Both the position numbers and the translations under genes were made by a program. From an uncultured Colwellia sp. (GTDB taxonomy: Bacteria; Pseudomonadota; Gammaproteobacteria; Enterobacterales; Alteromonadaceae), in assembly GCA_913058395.1 (NCBI GenBank), contig CAJXQI010000002.1:1-64000 (forward strand): 64,000 nucleotides of DNA, given 5' to 3'. Under the pieces are notes generated by a model. It saw only the letters and a program-made list of their open reading frames with translations. It ran no database searches and was not told the origin of the DNA. This document shows, piece after piece, positions 1 through 9,239 of this stretch. How positions within the stretch are numbered: position 1 is the first letter of the stretch; every line of letters begins with the position of its first letter.

Positions 1-27
1 AGCGACGAAGGAGCAAATAGCCAACTG

Positions 28-423
28 TTATTTGTCCTGCTTGAATGGCTTGTTAGGCATTGATATTTTTGGGGTGACAGAAGGTGCAGGACTTACAGAG
101 GGTAAAGATATAGTAGGTCTACTTTCCTCGATTTTCTGTAAAACCTTTGCAGCTTCATTTGCCATGCACTCTTCTTGACCAATAGAATTTGATGTGACCA
201 AAAACTTATCTTCGTATTGCATTACGCTTAAGGCGAATTTCCCAGTGGAACAATACCATAACTCTTTATTATATTCTTTTATAAAGTCTTTGGTGAGAAG
301 ATCGTTTCTCACGACCATTTCTCCATCAACCAGTACCAATAAATTAAAAGGTATTCGATTTGGACCGCAAGCTAACACTAAATTTGAGTTTATAAAAAAC
401 AGCAATGCGGGTAGATATTTCAT
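28..423 (-). CDS. hypothetical lipoprotein (signal peptide with LAC lipobox)
   Basis: ORF track; N-terminal hydrophobic leader LVLAC; no recognisable domain. Confidence 0.45.
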   Translation of the reverse strand: MKYLPALLFFINSNLVLACGPNRIPFNLLVLVDGEMVVRNDLLTKDFIKEYNKELWYCSTGKFALSVMQYEDKFLVTSNSIGQEECMANEAAKVLQKIEESRPTISLPSVSPAPSVTPKISMPNKPFKQDK

Positions 424-519
424 GTAAATGCCTAACGCCCAAATAACAGGCTAAAAATGGTGGGCTAAAATGGAGCGGAGCGAACAGCCCGCTGTTTTTA
501 GTCCTTGTTGATTTTCTTG

Positions 520-1149
520 TTAGGCTTCAGTTTGCCTTACTAAAATTGACACCCAATTAAAATAATCAGAGTTATGAATATCGATTTTAACTAACTCTTT
601 ATCTTTATGCGTTATCTTAAAAACCCCTTGTGCCTCAGGGAAGTAGATATCTATTTCAGAAGGGTAATTCCATTCTTCATTATATTCATCAAGAATGGAC
701 ATTAGTTGAGCATCACATCCATCAGGAAACTCAGAAGTTATTTTATTGGTAGCCATTAAATATAACTCTACTATATCTAAATATTCTTCTGCCTCTATCT
801 CACTAGGCAAGTGATAATCATGTTCTACTGTATTTCTAAATTTATTTATTCTGCGAATAATATTAGGAGCAGCAATACCACATTGCCCTAAGAAGTCTAA
901 TTTACTTGGGAAGTTATCTCTTTTTTTTATGTGGTTCCAACCAAATGCTGTAGCAAGTGCCTCAACTCTTAAATGCAACGCTTTTTTTGCATTAGACACT
1001 GCATTTACAAAATTTCGGTCGCATTTTTCTTGATCAAAATCTGACTTAGCAAACTCTAAATATGTTGATTCCCAAATATGCTCAACGGGATATTCAATTT
1101 GCTTATTCCCTGTAATGTAATACCACTCTAAAAATTTAGGACTATACAC
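520..1149 (-). CDS. HEPN-motif protein (possible Abi-like RNase)
   Basis: Contains an Rx4H motif (R-NTVE-H) inside a predicted helical region, as in HEPN domains; stand-alone gene between terminators. Confidence 0.4.
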   Translation of the reverse strand: MYSPKFLEWYYITGNKQIEYPVEHIWESTYLEFAKSDFDQEKCDRNFVNAVSNAKKALHLRVEALATAFGWNHIKKRDNFPSKLDFLGQCGIAAPNIIRRINKFRNTVEHDYHLPSEIEAEEYLDIVELYLMATNKITSEFPDGCDAQLMSILDEYNEEWNYPSEIDIYFPEAQGVFKITHKDKELVKIDIHNSDYFNWVSILVRQTEA

Positions 1150-1703
1150 TTTTGACTAGCTCCCTGAAGCCTAACAGCTTATTAGACAGATTAGATCCCA
1201 CTTTCTACGTGAGAACAATTCTAACTAATGTATTTTTATTCATTACAATATACATAGCTTATCTTTAATACTCAATAACTTACTGTGCTAACGTAAACAT
1301 TACTAAAGTAGAAAGGCAGATTAAGTCCACCTTTCTACACAAAATACGGAAAACAACAAACCTGTATATTTACACAGTACCTGTTAATTAAATATAAAGT
1401 CATTAAATTCACCTACTCGAATTTTCTGCTTAATTTCGTAGAAGTGAAAAAAGAATTGAATAAGCTACTAGAGTAATACAGGTGAAATCAGTACTAAAAA
1501 CCTCATTCATTTCCGATAATTCAAAAAGAAAAACAACGGCTACTCCTTCGAACAACGGTTTTCTCTTAATGTGGCGGTTAACTTCAAGGATGAAGTTATG
1601 TGGTTTTCACATAAATGTGATAAAAACCTGGAGATAGTGGTTTGAACTCTACAAATAGGTTCTGCGCTATACCCCCTATTTTTATTATACTTTAGAAAAG
1701 CAA

Positions 1704-1738
1704 AAAGCCCGTCAATCTTTCGATTAACGGGCTTTTCT
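1704..1738. terminator. bidirectional rho-independent terminator (GCCCGT..ACGGGC stem flanked by A-run and T-run)
   Basis: Perfect hairpin aaagcccgtcaatctttcgattaacgggctttt seen in sequence. Confidence 0.55.
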
Positions 1739-2008
1739 TAATGTGGCGGGAGGAATGGGACGAGTATGGGCACTGGTTTTATTCAATAAAATTGCCATTG
1801 GAATAAAAATTTGAAAACAAAAGAGTACTTGAATCTTTGTCCTGTTGATCATTACAATATCGAGCTAGAACGTTTCTAATAAAGCTGGATCGGTTTTAGG
1901 CATAGATATGAAGCCGAAAGCTTTGTATCTATGGCAAGAGATACAATTGTCTTTGCGACATTACGGTCAAAAATAGCATCTGTATTAATTAAAGAGCGTG
2001 ATTAACCT

Positions 2009-3322
2009 TTACTTTTTAAGCTTATCTTTCTTGACTAAAGTAGGTAAGATATCCTTAGAAATGTTTTCCTTTCGCTTTTGAATATGATTAATTTGCTTAT
2101 TTTTAGTTTGATCTAAGTTGACTTGGTTTAAATCATTTTGATGCAATGAGTAACCTACAAATATTATGTAGAGAAGCGCCATAAAACAAATTGACCACAC
2201 AGCTTTCTTCATAAAGCTAGAGTTTTTCTTAGCCTTATCTAATAAGACAATTAATTCATCATTAGTGTTCTTAGCCTGTTTTCTTATTTCGACATCTTCA
2301 TTTAAAATATCATACCGTTTAAATTCTGAATCAACTTGCTTCTTAATATGCTCAAATGTTGCATGATGAACACCCAATGATCTATAAACAATTAGAGTGG
2401 TAACTAACATGCCAATAGCAACAGCAATCCCATCGACTACATGGTTAATTTTCATTACTGCACCAATAACAATTAATGCACCGGGGATAGCAAGAGCCTT
2501 ATTTTGAGCGCTTGAAATGATCTCATTTATTTTAGATGTATAGGTTAAGTCTTGCTCATTAATCTCGTGCAAAACTTTATTTATGCTAAAGCGTTTTACG
2601 AAAAGTTCATAGTGCTCTACATAGCGCTTATGGAAATGGGGAATTGAGTAAATAAATTTTTTGAATATTTCAGTTTCACTATGGCAAACCGATATCAGCT
2701 CATGGAAAGCGGAACGCATAACTGACTTTCTTTCCGAGTCTTGGCTATCTCCAAGCTGAATTAAATTGCTTAACTTGTTAACTAAGGCAATTTGTTCTTC
2801 AATATCCTCAATGATTACAATATCTTTCCAACTAATAGATGGCTTGAATTCATACTTAGCTACTCCATCATCTGCTTCAATAATAAATAACAGTTTTCTA
2901 GAGCCTTTTGCCGTTCCTTGCTGTGGTTCACAATGATCCGCTAATTTTGGAAGTAACTGCCTTACCGTACAGAACAACACCAGAGATTGTTGATATTTAG
3001 TCTTATCAAAACTCGAATCTTTAGACTCAATAACATAAAAATATTCAGGTAATTTTGATGAATTTGAAACAGAAGAAAATAACTCTTCCCATGATTCGTA
3101 AACAGGACTTCTACTGGCCCAATTTGCTGCATTTAGTGAGAGAAATATTTTTTCATTTCTAACAGTTCTTGCTTCGTCAAACTCATAACCGACTGCTTCT
3201 AAAATAGTTTGAATTTCAGGTTTTATCTTAGGGTCAAGCTGAAGAGTTAACTCTCTATCTTGAACAGAAAAATCATTGTCATTTAATAAGTTTAGAAAAG
3301 CTTGAAACGATGCTTTATTCAT
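2009..3322 (-). CDS. multi-TM membrane protein of unknown function (second gene of two-gene operon)
   Basis: 437 aa ORF; two adjacent TM helices around aa 270-310 and a third near the C-terminus; 8-nt overlap with upstream gene. Confidence 0.6.
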   Translation of the reverse strand: MNKASFQAFLNLLNDNDFSVQDRELTLQLDPKIKPEIQTILEAVGYEFDEARTVRNEKIFLSLNAANWASRSPVYESWEELFSSVSNSSKLPEYFYVIESKDSSFDKTKYQQSLVLFCTVRQLLPKLADHCEPQQGTAKGSRKLLFIIEADDGVAKYEFKPSISWKDIVIIEDIEEQIALVNKLSNLIQLGDSQDSERKSVMRSAFHELISVCHSETEIFKKFIYSIPHFHKRYVEHYELFVKRFSINKVLHEINEQDLTYTSKINEIISSAQNKALAIPGALIVIGAVMKINHVVDGIAVAIGMLVTTLIVYRSLGVHHATFEHIKKQVDSEFKRYDILNEDVEIRKQAKNTNDELIVLLDKAKKNSSFMKKAVWSICFMALLYIIFVGYSLHQNDLNQVNLDQTKNKQINHIQKRKENISKDILPTLVKKDKLKK

Positions 3323-4559
3323 TTTCCATATTTGCAGATGCGAGTTTTTCTAACTCTTTTTTCTGCTCCTTGTTATCAATTAAAAAGGTTAATCTACCAT
3401 CTTCATATTCAACCTTACTGCCAGTGCCAACACATCCTATTTCTTTGCGTAAAATCTTTGCCGTATAACTCTTATCTCCAGCAAAAACTTCAATTAGTTT
3501 CCCTGCTTTCACACTATTTATAGTAGGTTCAATATGGTGGTTGATTTCATAACCATTATCATTAATAAATCCTTCAAAAGTTCCCTTTAATGGGGAGTCA
3601 TCAGGTAATAATCCATCTACAGTATTGCAGAGAGTTGATAATGAGATTGCCTTACCGTCCTTTTGTGCTTTTTCGAGTAATGTATCGACTTTTGCTGTCG
3701 CATCCATATAGAAATCATTTGCTAGTTTATATTTATCTTGGTAGTCACTTACAGCTTTTCTAAATTGCTTAATCGAGTGTGCATTATCTGCGTTGTTTTC
3801 ATCGCAACCAAAAGCAACCTTAAAGAACTCACCAGTAGACGTGCCTTTAATAAACTTTAAGTAAGTTTCTTCATCAGGTGTTTCAGGATAAACTTCATCA
3901 AATAAACCCAAATCAAAGAGGGCTGCTTGCCTCATAGCGTCAAGGTTTAAATGACTTGAATCTTTGGGCAATAGAGTAAACTCATCAAAATCAAATCCTT
4001 CTTTCTTAGTAACCCATATGGCCATAAGCCTGCCTAAATCGTCTTGCTCTTGATTTTTATAATGCATGAAGACAATATTACCGCCACCCACTTTATGCAC
4101 TCCGACCTCTTTTGCTGCTGCTACGAGAGAATCCATAAACTTCTTAACCAAAGATGTAAAGTTAATCTTTTTATTTATATAGTTATTTAAAATATTGGGT
4201 GCTGAATCTAAAGAATCATCCTGAGTAAAGTAGCTATGAAATTTGTTCTTATTTTTAAACTTCCGCTCTACCTCAGTAATTAATTTGAAACTTACTTGAT
4301 CATTTTCAGGCCAAAGCTCACCTTCTTTCACTTCAAGTTTAGAGCTTCCTTGTTGAGTAATAAATTGAGTTGTCATAGCTGCTACGGCTATTAATTCTGG
4401 CCGTTCTATATTTTCCAGCTCAATACAACGAGGGCACTCATCTAAAGATTCTTCATATGAAAAATCACACTCAACACAACTAAGCATAAATGCTCCTTTA
4501 ATCCTTATATCATTTATGCTCGATTTGAATACAAACCTGTTATATAAACAATACGCCAA
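3315..4559 (-). CDS. zinc-ribbon protein of unknown function (weak resemblance to NA37/YejK nucleoid-associated family)
   Basis: CxxC...CxxC near the N-terminus (CVECDF..CPRC); GGxIVFxHYK segment recalls the YejK family from memory only. Confidence 0.5.
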   Translation of the reverse strand: MAYCLYNRFVFKSSINDIRIKGAFMLSCVECDFSYEESLDECPRCIELENIERPELIAVAAMTTQFITQQGSSKLEVKEGELWPENDQVSFKLITEVERKFKNKNKFHSYFTQDDSLDSAPNILNNYINKKINFTSLVKKFMDSLVAAAKEVGVHKVGGGNIVFMHYKNQEQDDLGRLMAIWVTKKEGFDFDEFTLLPKDSSHLNLDAMRQAALFDLGLFDEVYPETPDEETYLKFIKGTSTGEFFKVAFGCDENNADNAHSIKQFRKAVSDYQDKYKLANDFYMDATAKVDTLLEKAQKDGKAISLSTLCNTVDGLLPDDSPLKGTFEGFINDNGYEINHHIEPTINSVKAGKLIEVFAGDKSYTAKILRKEIGCVGTGSKVEYEDGRLTFLIDNKEQKKELEKLASANMENE

Positions 4560-4762
4560 AAGATACTGTATGTAAATACAGTTAAGTAAAAAGGTAATTA
4601 CTGGTTGATCATAGATCTAGAAAAATGCCAATCCATCGAGCGGAGTAATCCCTTAAAGTTAAACACTAACACATTAATAATTATAATTAAAATATATAAG
4701 CGCCAGATAAATAACAACTTGATTTAACGCAAAGAGTATTAGTTATTTGGCTTCAAAATCAG

Positions 4763-4797
4763 CCAAAAATAAAGCCCCTTTAGGGGCTTTATTTTCA
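4763..4797. terminator. bidirectional rho-independent terminator (AAAGCCCC TTTA GGGGCTTT)
   Basis: Perfect hairpin with flanking A/T runs. Confidence 0.55.
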
Positions 4798-5104
4798 AAT
4801 TTATATTTTTATTAGTATCAATGCTTATTGGATTGCGGATGACCTACCCACAAGCCCAGTGCAAGAAGAGCGAAACGAACAACCCAATTATCTAAAAAAC
4901 AAATAACATTGTGTTTTATTTCCATAAAAATACTCCTTACATGGGGAACCGAACCCCAAAAATGATTAGTTAAAGCCAATACTGCATCGTACAATGAGAT
5001 TAAAATTAAAAACCACCCTTCCACACTCCAATAAGCACTAGAGTTGAATAATTATAATATACCTAAATAAAACAAATTGCTTCACAAAAACATCATACTA
5101 TTTA

Positions 5105-5662
5105 CTAAGCAAAGTCCTCAAAATAAATGGAAATATTCTGATCTAGTTCTTTTAGGACAAAAAGCATAAAAATAGAATGCTTTAATAGGCTTGATGTACG
5201 ATTTAAGTCACACCAAGTTTTATCACCATACTTTCCACCATGAAATAAGTTATTTCTAACTAGCTTAACTGAATCAATAACCCTTTTGAGCGAGGGGGAA
5301 TTGAGATCTATAGTTTGCTCTGTCCAGTGTGTTTTAATCTCTTTTACATCACTCTCAGTAACGTAGAATATTTTTTGATTGTTAGGGGCTGTTTCAGGAT
5401 CAGTAAGATAACAGTAGCTATTGCTGCACTTTGCGGTAACAGAAAATTTACTTTTGTTGGCTTTTAAAAATGCATCCCAATCAGGCTCAGCATTTTTACC
5501 TTCTTCTCTTTTTTTTATATAACCCCCTTCTTTTAAAGCAAATTCAAATCTAGAAAAAACAACAAAAAACTTGAATATTTCTTTGCGAAGTTCATCTTGT
5601 TCCCCCCTTTCAAACGAAAATATTTCAAACATCTTTGACATGAAATTTGTTAATGAAATCAT
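5105..5662 (-). CDS. HEPN-motif protein (Rx4H: R-NNLF-H)
   Basis: 185 aa ORF with a C-terminal VRNNLFHGG motif typical of HEPN RNase domains; isolated between terminators. Confidence 0.4.
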   Translation of the reverse strand: MISLTNFMSKMFEIFSFERGEQDELRKEIFKFFVVFSRFEFALKEGGYIKKREEGKNAEPDWDAFLKANKSKFSVTAKCSNSYCYLTDPETAPNNQKIFYVTESDVKEIKTHWTEQTIDLNSPSLKRVIDSVKLVRNNLFHGGKYGDKTWCDLNRTSSLLKHSIFMLFVLKELDQNISIYFEDFA

Positions 5663-5835
5663 ACAATAAACCTTTGTTGTATCTATATGGTAATCTGAAT
5701 ATAGTAGAATGCTATTGTTTTCTTTAGTTGAAATTAAATCTCTTATTGTTACTAGTCGCGTTGCTTTTTATTCAAAAGTCACCGTTATAATAGGTCAAAA
5801 CAACTCGTTCTGGGTTTGCTTAAAAAGCACCAAAA

Positions 5836-5853
5836 AAGCCCCTCGCGGGGCTA
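5836..5853 (-). terminator. rho-independent terminator downstream of darTG operon (AGCCCCGCGAGGGGCT followed by a T-run on the minus strand)
   Basis: Hairpin seen in sequence. Confidence 0.5.
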
Positions 5854-5898
5854 TTACAATAATTCATTGCCCTTGCTAATTGTCTTTTATGGGCATAT

Positions 5899-7029
5899 TT
5901 AATCAAGTTTAACGGTATTCCCTTCCACATCAATCTTTACTGCTGAAATTTTTTCAATAGCTAATATATCTTTCTCTGATAAGGCAGGGGTGTCTGTATA
6001 ATAAAATTTTGAGTGAGATTTCTTGATATATTTTGCCTGTTTTGACACCCATTCTAATCGACTTGTTGTAAAAATTGCCTTATTAGTTAGGAATAAACGG
6101 CTTAATACGGAGGGTATGTAAGCCTTTCTATCGAATGACTCAAAAGGATTACCAATAGAAAGCAGTGTCAATCTAGTTAAATTTTCACTTAAATTTGCTT
6201 TTTGAGCGGATTTAAAAATACCAGTAGGCATGAAAACACCTACAGTAATCCCTTTCTTTGATGCATCAAATGCCATTTTTTTATCAAAAACAGAGCTACC
6301 AAAGAGAATACTAAGGCGATGCTCTTCGCAATAATTAACCAGTTTTTTCACTAACTCAATCTCCTCCAAACTTGGTTTGGAGCTTGAAATTAGTGAGATA
6401 TCATAACTTTCAACACTAATATTATTCGAATTAAATAAATACAGTTCTTTTTCTGTAAACAATTTCAATTGTTCAGGGTAATCCGCTGATTTACTGGATA
6501 TAGTCTTAATTCTTTCTTGAGCTAATAAACTAATATTCTCAATTGTATTAGTCTCAACTTTACCAGCCTTTTTCGAACTATTTGGTTCAAACACAAGAAT
6601 TTTATGCTGTGAATCTGCAAGGTAATTTTCAATAAGTTCTTTAACCCTTATCCAATCTAGACCTCCGTGCCCACAACCCAAAGCGGGTAAAGTAATTGTA
6701 GAATAGCTCTTTTTGTCTAGATACTCAGATAGCCATTTAAGTCCATTTTCAACATACTCATACTCAGATGGTTTTCTCCAATGATTTTTAGTCGGAAAGT
6801 TAATAATCTCAACTCCCTTAGTAAACATATCATCATTTTTCCATACTGAAGGTACGCCCGGCCTAATCAGGCCCAACTTACATTCTTTTGCATACTCTTT
6901 AAACATTTCAGGGTATTTATTTTTAAAAGCTAGAGCAACACCTGCTCCCATAACACCTACACAATTTACGGTATTGACCCTTATGTCTGCATCATACTCA
7001 AAAAAATCTCCTTTAACGAACTCTAGCAT
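5899..7029 (-). CDS. darG: DarG antitoxin: N-terminal macrodomain (DNA ADP-ribosylglycohydrolase) plus C-terminal DarT-binding region
   Basis: N-terminus VNTVNCVGVMGAGVALAFKNKYPEMF and LPALGCGHGGLDW match the DarG/TARG1-type macrodomain signature; 7-nt overlap with upstream darT-like gene. Confidence 0.8.
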   Translation of the reverse strand: MLEFVKGDFFEYDADIRVNTVNCVGVMGAGVALAFKNKYPEMFKEYAKECKLGLIRPGVPSVWKNDDMFTKGVEIINFPTKNHWRKPSEYEYVENGLKWLSEYLDKKSYSTITLPALGCGHGGLDWIRVKELIENYLADSQHKILVFEPNSSKKAGKVETNTIENISLLAQERIKTISSKSADYPEQLKLFTEKELYLFNSNNISVESYDISLISSSKPSLEEIELVKKLVNYCEEHRLSILFGSSVFDKKMAFDASKKGITVGVFMPTGIFKSAQKANLSENLTRLTLLSIGNPFESFDRKAYIPSVLSRLFLTNKAIFTTSRLEWVSKQAKYIKKSHSKFYYTDTPALSEKDILAIEKISAVKIDVEGNTVKLD

Positions 7030-8366
7030 GGTTCTTTACACTCTAGTGCATCAATAGCTTTTAACTTTAGTGCTTTGATTTTATGTTCATTCAAAAATAC
7101 CCACATAGGATTTATTGAAATCATATCTGCCTTACCTAATGCTATAATCATATTCAACTCTTCTTCAGATTCAATAATATTAAAAAGTTGTTGTTCACTA
7201 CGTCCTTTAGCAACAATATCCCCAATAAGGTCATCATAAGTTACCAACATTACTATCTTTCTAACTAGCTCACGATCGAGACTACCAATATCTTCAGTGA
7301 GAATTCGTTTTAGCATAGGGAGTGATTTAACAGCGTGATCATTATCTGCACGCTCCATTCCTTTATCTCCCCAACGACTCTTTGGGCCTTTACCTATATC
7401 ATGTAAATAGGCAGACAATAAGACTATTTCTTTATTTTCTTTAGATAAGCTATTATATTCTGGCATTGTCTTTACTGTAGTTGCAACTTTCCGACTATGT
7501 GTTCCAACATCATCAGAGTGAGGCCCATAGCTTGCTTTTAAGCCATCAATATCTCCAAGCTCCTTTATTATAGAAAAATCATTACTAATCGAGTTTATGG
7601 CACTTTTGATATTTTCAAACTTAGTTTGACTCTTAAGGTCCTTACAAATTTCTGAAATAGTTACATCTACATTATGCTTCAAAAATTGGGGGCCTGTAAT
7701 TATGGACTTTTGTCCGCCATCATAAAAATTGATATAATAATGTTCTTGTCCAAATATAATTTTTGGAATTGGCTTGTTTTTAGCTTTAAAAACTTTTATT
7801 ACCTCCTCTTTTATCAATTCATTCCATACAACTAAATGTGCTACAGTTCTCATATCTACAACATTAGGAATCAATAACTCCGCCATTTTCTGATGACGAA
7901 ACTCCTCAGTTGGACAACCCCATTTTTTAGAATCAATTGCCTCCCAGTTTAATGACTGCAATAAAGCAACGTCTTTTGAGTCATAAAAATTAGGAGGGAT
8001 GTCAGTATTAGCTGATGCGTCAGAAAACACAACGCCTTGAATTTTTTCGATTACATCAATTGGAACTGCGAAGTAAATAATAAGGGGCTGGTCGATATTT
8101 TTTTTATTTATGACACCTAATTGCATTGGTGTTTTTTTAGAGAAATAAAAAGGGACATAATCATGAACAACCTTTCCGCTAGAGCAAGGAATAGGCATTG
8201 TACTTCTTCTTCCTTGTATCCTTTCTTCAGCAATATTTTTATGGGAAATATCAAGGTGCTTTTTCTGGTTAGTACACAAAATTCCACTATCAATAATTGA
8301 TTCTAAATTATCAAACAGTGTAAAGTGGTACGCGTATCTTCCTTTTAAATTTTCTGGGATTGTCAT
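7023..8366 (-). CDS. darT: DarT (DUF4433) DNA ADP-ribosyltransferase toxin fused to a C-terminal HD-domain phosphohydrolase
   Basis: YHFTLFDNLESII...HDYVPFYF...AELLIP motifs match DarT/DUF4433; C-terminal H...LHDIGKG...D motifs match the HD domain; 447 aa versus about 220 aa for a typical DarT. Confidence 0.8.
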   Translation of the reverse strand: MTIPENLKGRYAYHFTLFDNLESIIDSGILCTNQKKHLDISHKNIAEERIQGRRSTMPIPCSSGKVVHDYVPFYFSKKTPMQLGVINKKNIDQPLIIYFAVPIDVIEKIQGVVFSDASANTDIPPNFYDSKDVALLQSLNWEAIDSKKWGCPTEEFRHQKMAELLIPNVVDMRTVAHLVVWNELIKEEVIKVFKAKNKPIPKIIFGQEHYYINFYDGGQKSIITGPQFLKHNVDVTISEICKDLKSQTKFENIKSAINSISNDFSIIKELGDIDGLKASYGPHSDDVGTHSRKVATTVKTMPEYNSLSKENKEIVLLSAYLHDIGKGPKSRWGDKGMERADNDHAVKSLPMLKRILTEDIGSLDRELVRKIVMLVTYDDLIGDIVAKGRSEQQLFNIIESEEELNMIIALGKADMISINPMWVFLNEHKIKALKLKAIDALECKEPC

Positions 8367-8462
8367 ATTAGATCCTTTATATTATGTGATTGATGAGAAA
8401 ATCATCCCTAAGAACTTACTATGGACCAAGCTTGGTAATGTCCGCTCCATAATCAACTTTTA

Positions 8463-9239
8463 CTAACCTATTTCAACTACATTTCTGCATTTTGGAAACG
8501 CACTACATCCCCAAAATTCATTGCCTGCGTTTTTACCTTTAGTGGGTTTTCGCAACACCATATCGGAACTGCACTTTGAGCAAGCTTTTATATCAAATTT
8601 TTCTTCTATAATTTTTCGTACATGCTTAACGTGCTGTCGGTTAGTTTTATAGCTACGCTCTAACCTGCCGCTTTCAATCTGTTCAATAACACTTGTAAGT
8701 TCTTCTGTATTAAAAATAATGTCTATTTTACTTTTGATATATTCAATACCACCGCGAGCAAACCTTACATTCTCAGGCATTTTAGTTTTAAAAGTACTAT
8801 CGCCAATAAATATAATGACTGAGAATATACTATCATTCTTTGCGTTCAAACAAGCTTCTAACGTTTTGACATGCTTATAGTTTTGGTGAAGTGGGTTTTG
8901 AAATTTAGACTTGTGCTTAAAGATTTGTTGCGTCCATTGCTTTTGATTTTCACTACCAAAGATCCAGCCTTTCATGTTTTTGGTTTCAACTACGAAAATT
9001 CCGTATTTAGATACGACTATATGGTCTATCTGAGTTGTTCCATCATCAGTCGGTAATGTTACATTCTTAATGAGGTGATAATCATTTTTGTCTAAGAAAA
9101 ACTTAATGAGCAAGTTTACTTGCCACTCACCCATTACACCTTTAAACCATGCTGACTTGATGATGACAGCAAATATGAAGATCGGTATTAAATACCAAGC
9201 GGCACTGAACATCATGTTGAGATACATTGTTAAATCCAT
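8463..9239 (-). CDS. NERD-domain nuclease-like protein with N-terminal TM helix and C-terminal topoisomerase-type C4 zinc finger
   Basis: IDHIVVSKYGIFVVETKN (NERD core); CSKCSSDMV...WGCSAFPKC (zf-C4_Topoisom). Confidence 0.8.
   Translation of the reverse strand: MDLTMYLNMMFSAAWYLIPIFIFAVIIKSAWFKGVMGEWQVNLLIKFFLDKNDYHLIKNVTLPTDDGTTQIDHIVVSKYGIFVVETKNMKGWIFGSENQKQWTQQIFKHKSKFQNPLHQNYKHVKTLEACLNAKNDSIFSVIIFIGDSTFKTKMPENVRFARGGIEYIKSKIDIIFNTEELTSVIEQIESGRLERSYKTNRQHVKHVRKIIEEKFDIKACSKCSSDMVLRKPTKGKNAGNEFWGCSAFPKCRNVVEIG

Noticed and set aside
194-427. Small opposite-strand or overlapping ORFs from the six-frame track (e.g. 194-427, 3302-3523, 8871-9056, 16246-16648, 19368-19750, 25731-25985, 28004-28557, 30947-31723, 34127-35128, 35325-35663, 41491-42136, 42817-43247, 44570-44923, 46066-46251, 48207-48422, 52013-52345, 54172-54634, 55159-55341, 58908-59219)
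   Set aside because: Each is wholly embedded in, or antisense to, a longer ORF with clear homology, and shows low-complexity or atypical composition. Treated as spurious.
4818-5024. 68-aa hydrophobic ORF as a real small membrane protein
   Set aside because: No RBS or conservation evidence. It lies between a terminator and the HEPN gene and is probably a chance ORF in AT-rich DNA, so it was left unannotated.
5899-7029. Interpreting the C-terminal half of the macrodomain protein as a separate SLOG/DprA-like Rossmann domain
   Set aside because: The overall length (376 aa) and the N-terminal macrodomain fit canonical DarG, whose C-terminal domain binds DarT. A separate domain call is not supportable by eye.
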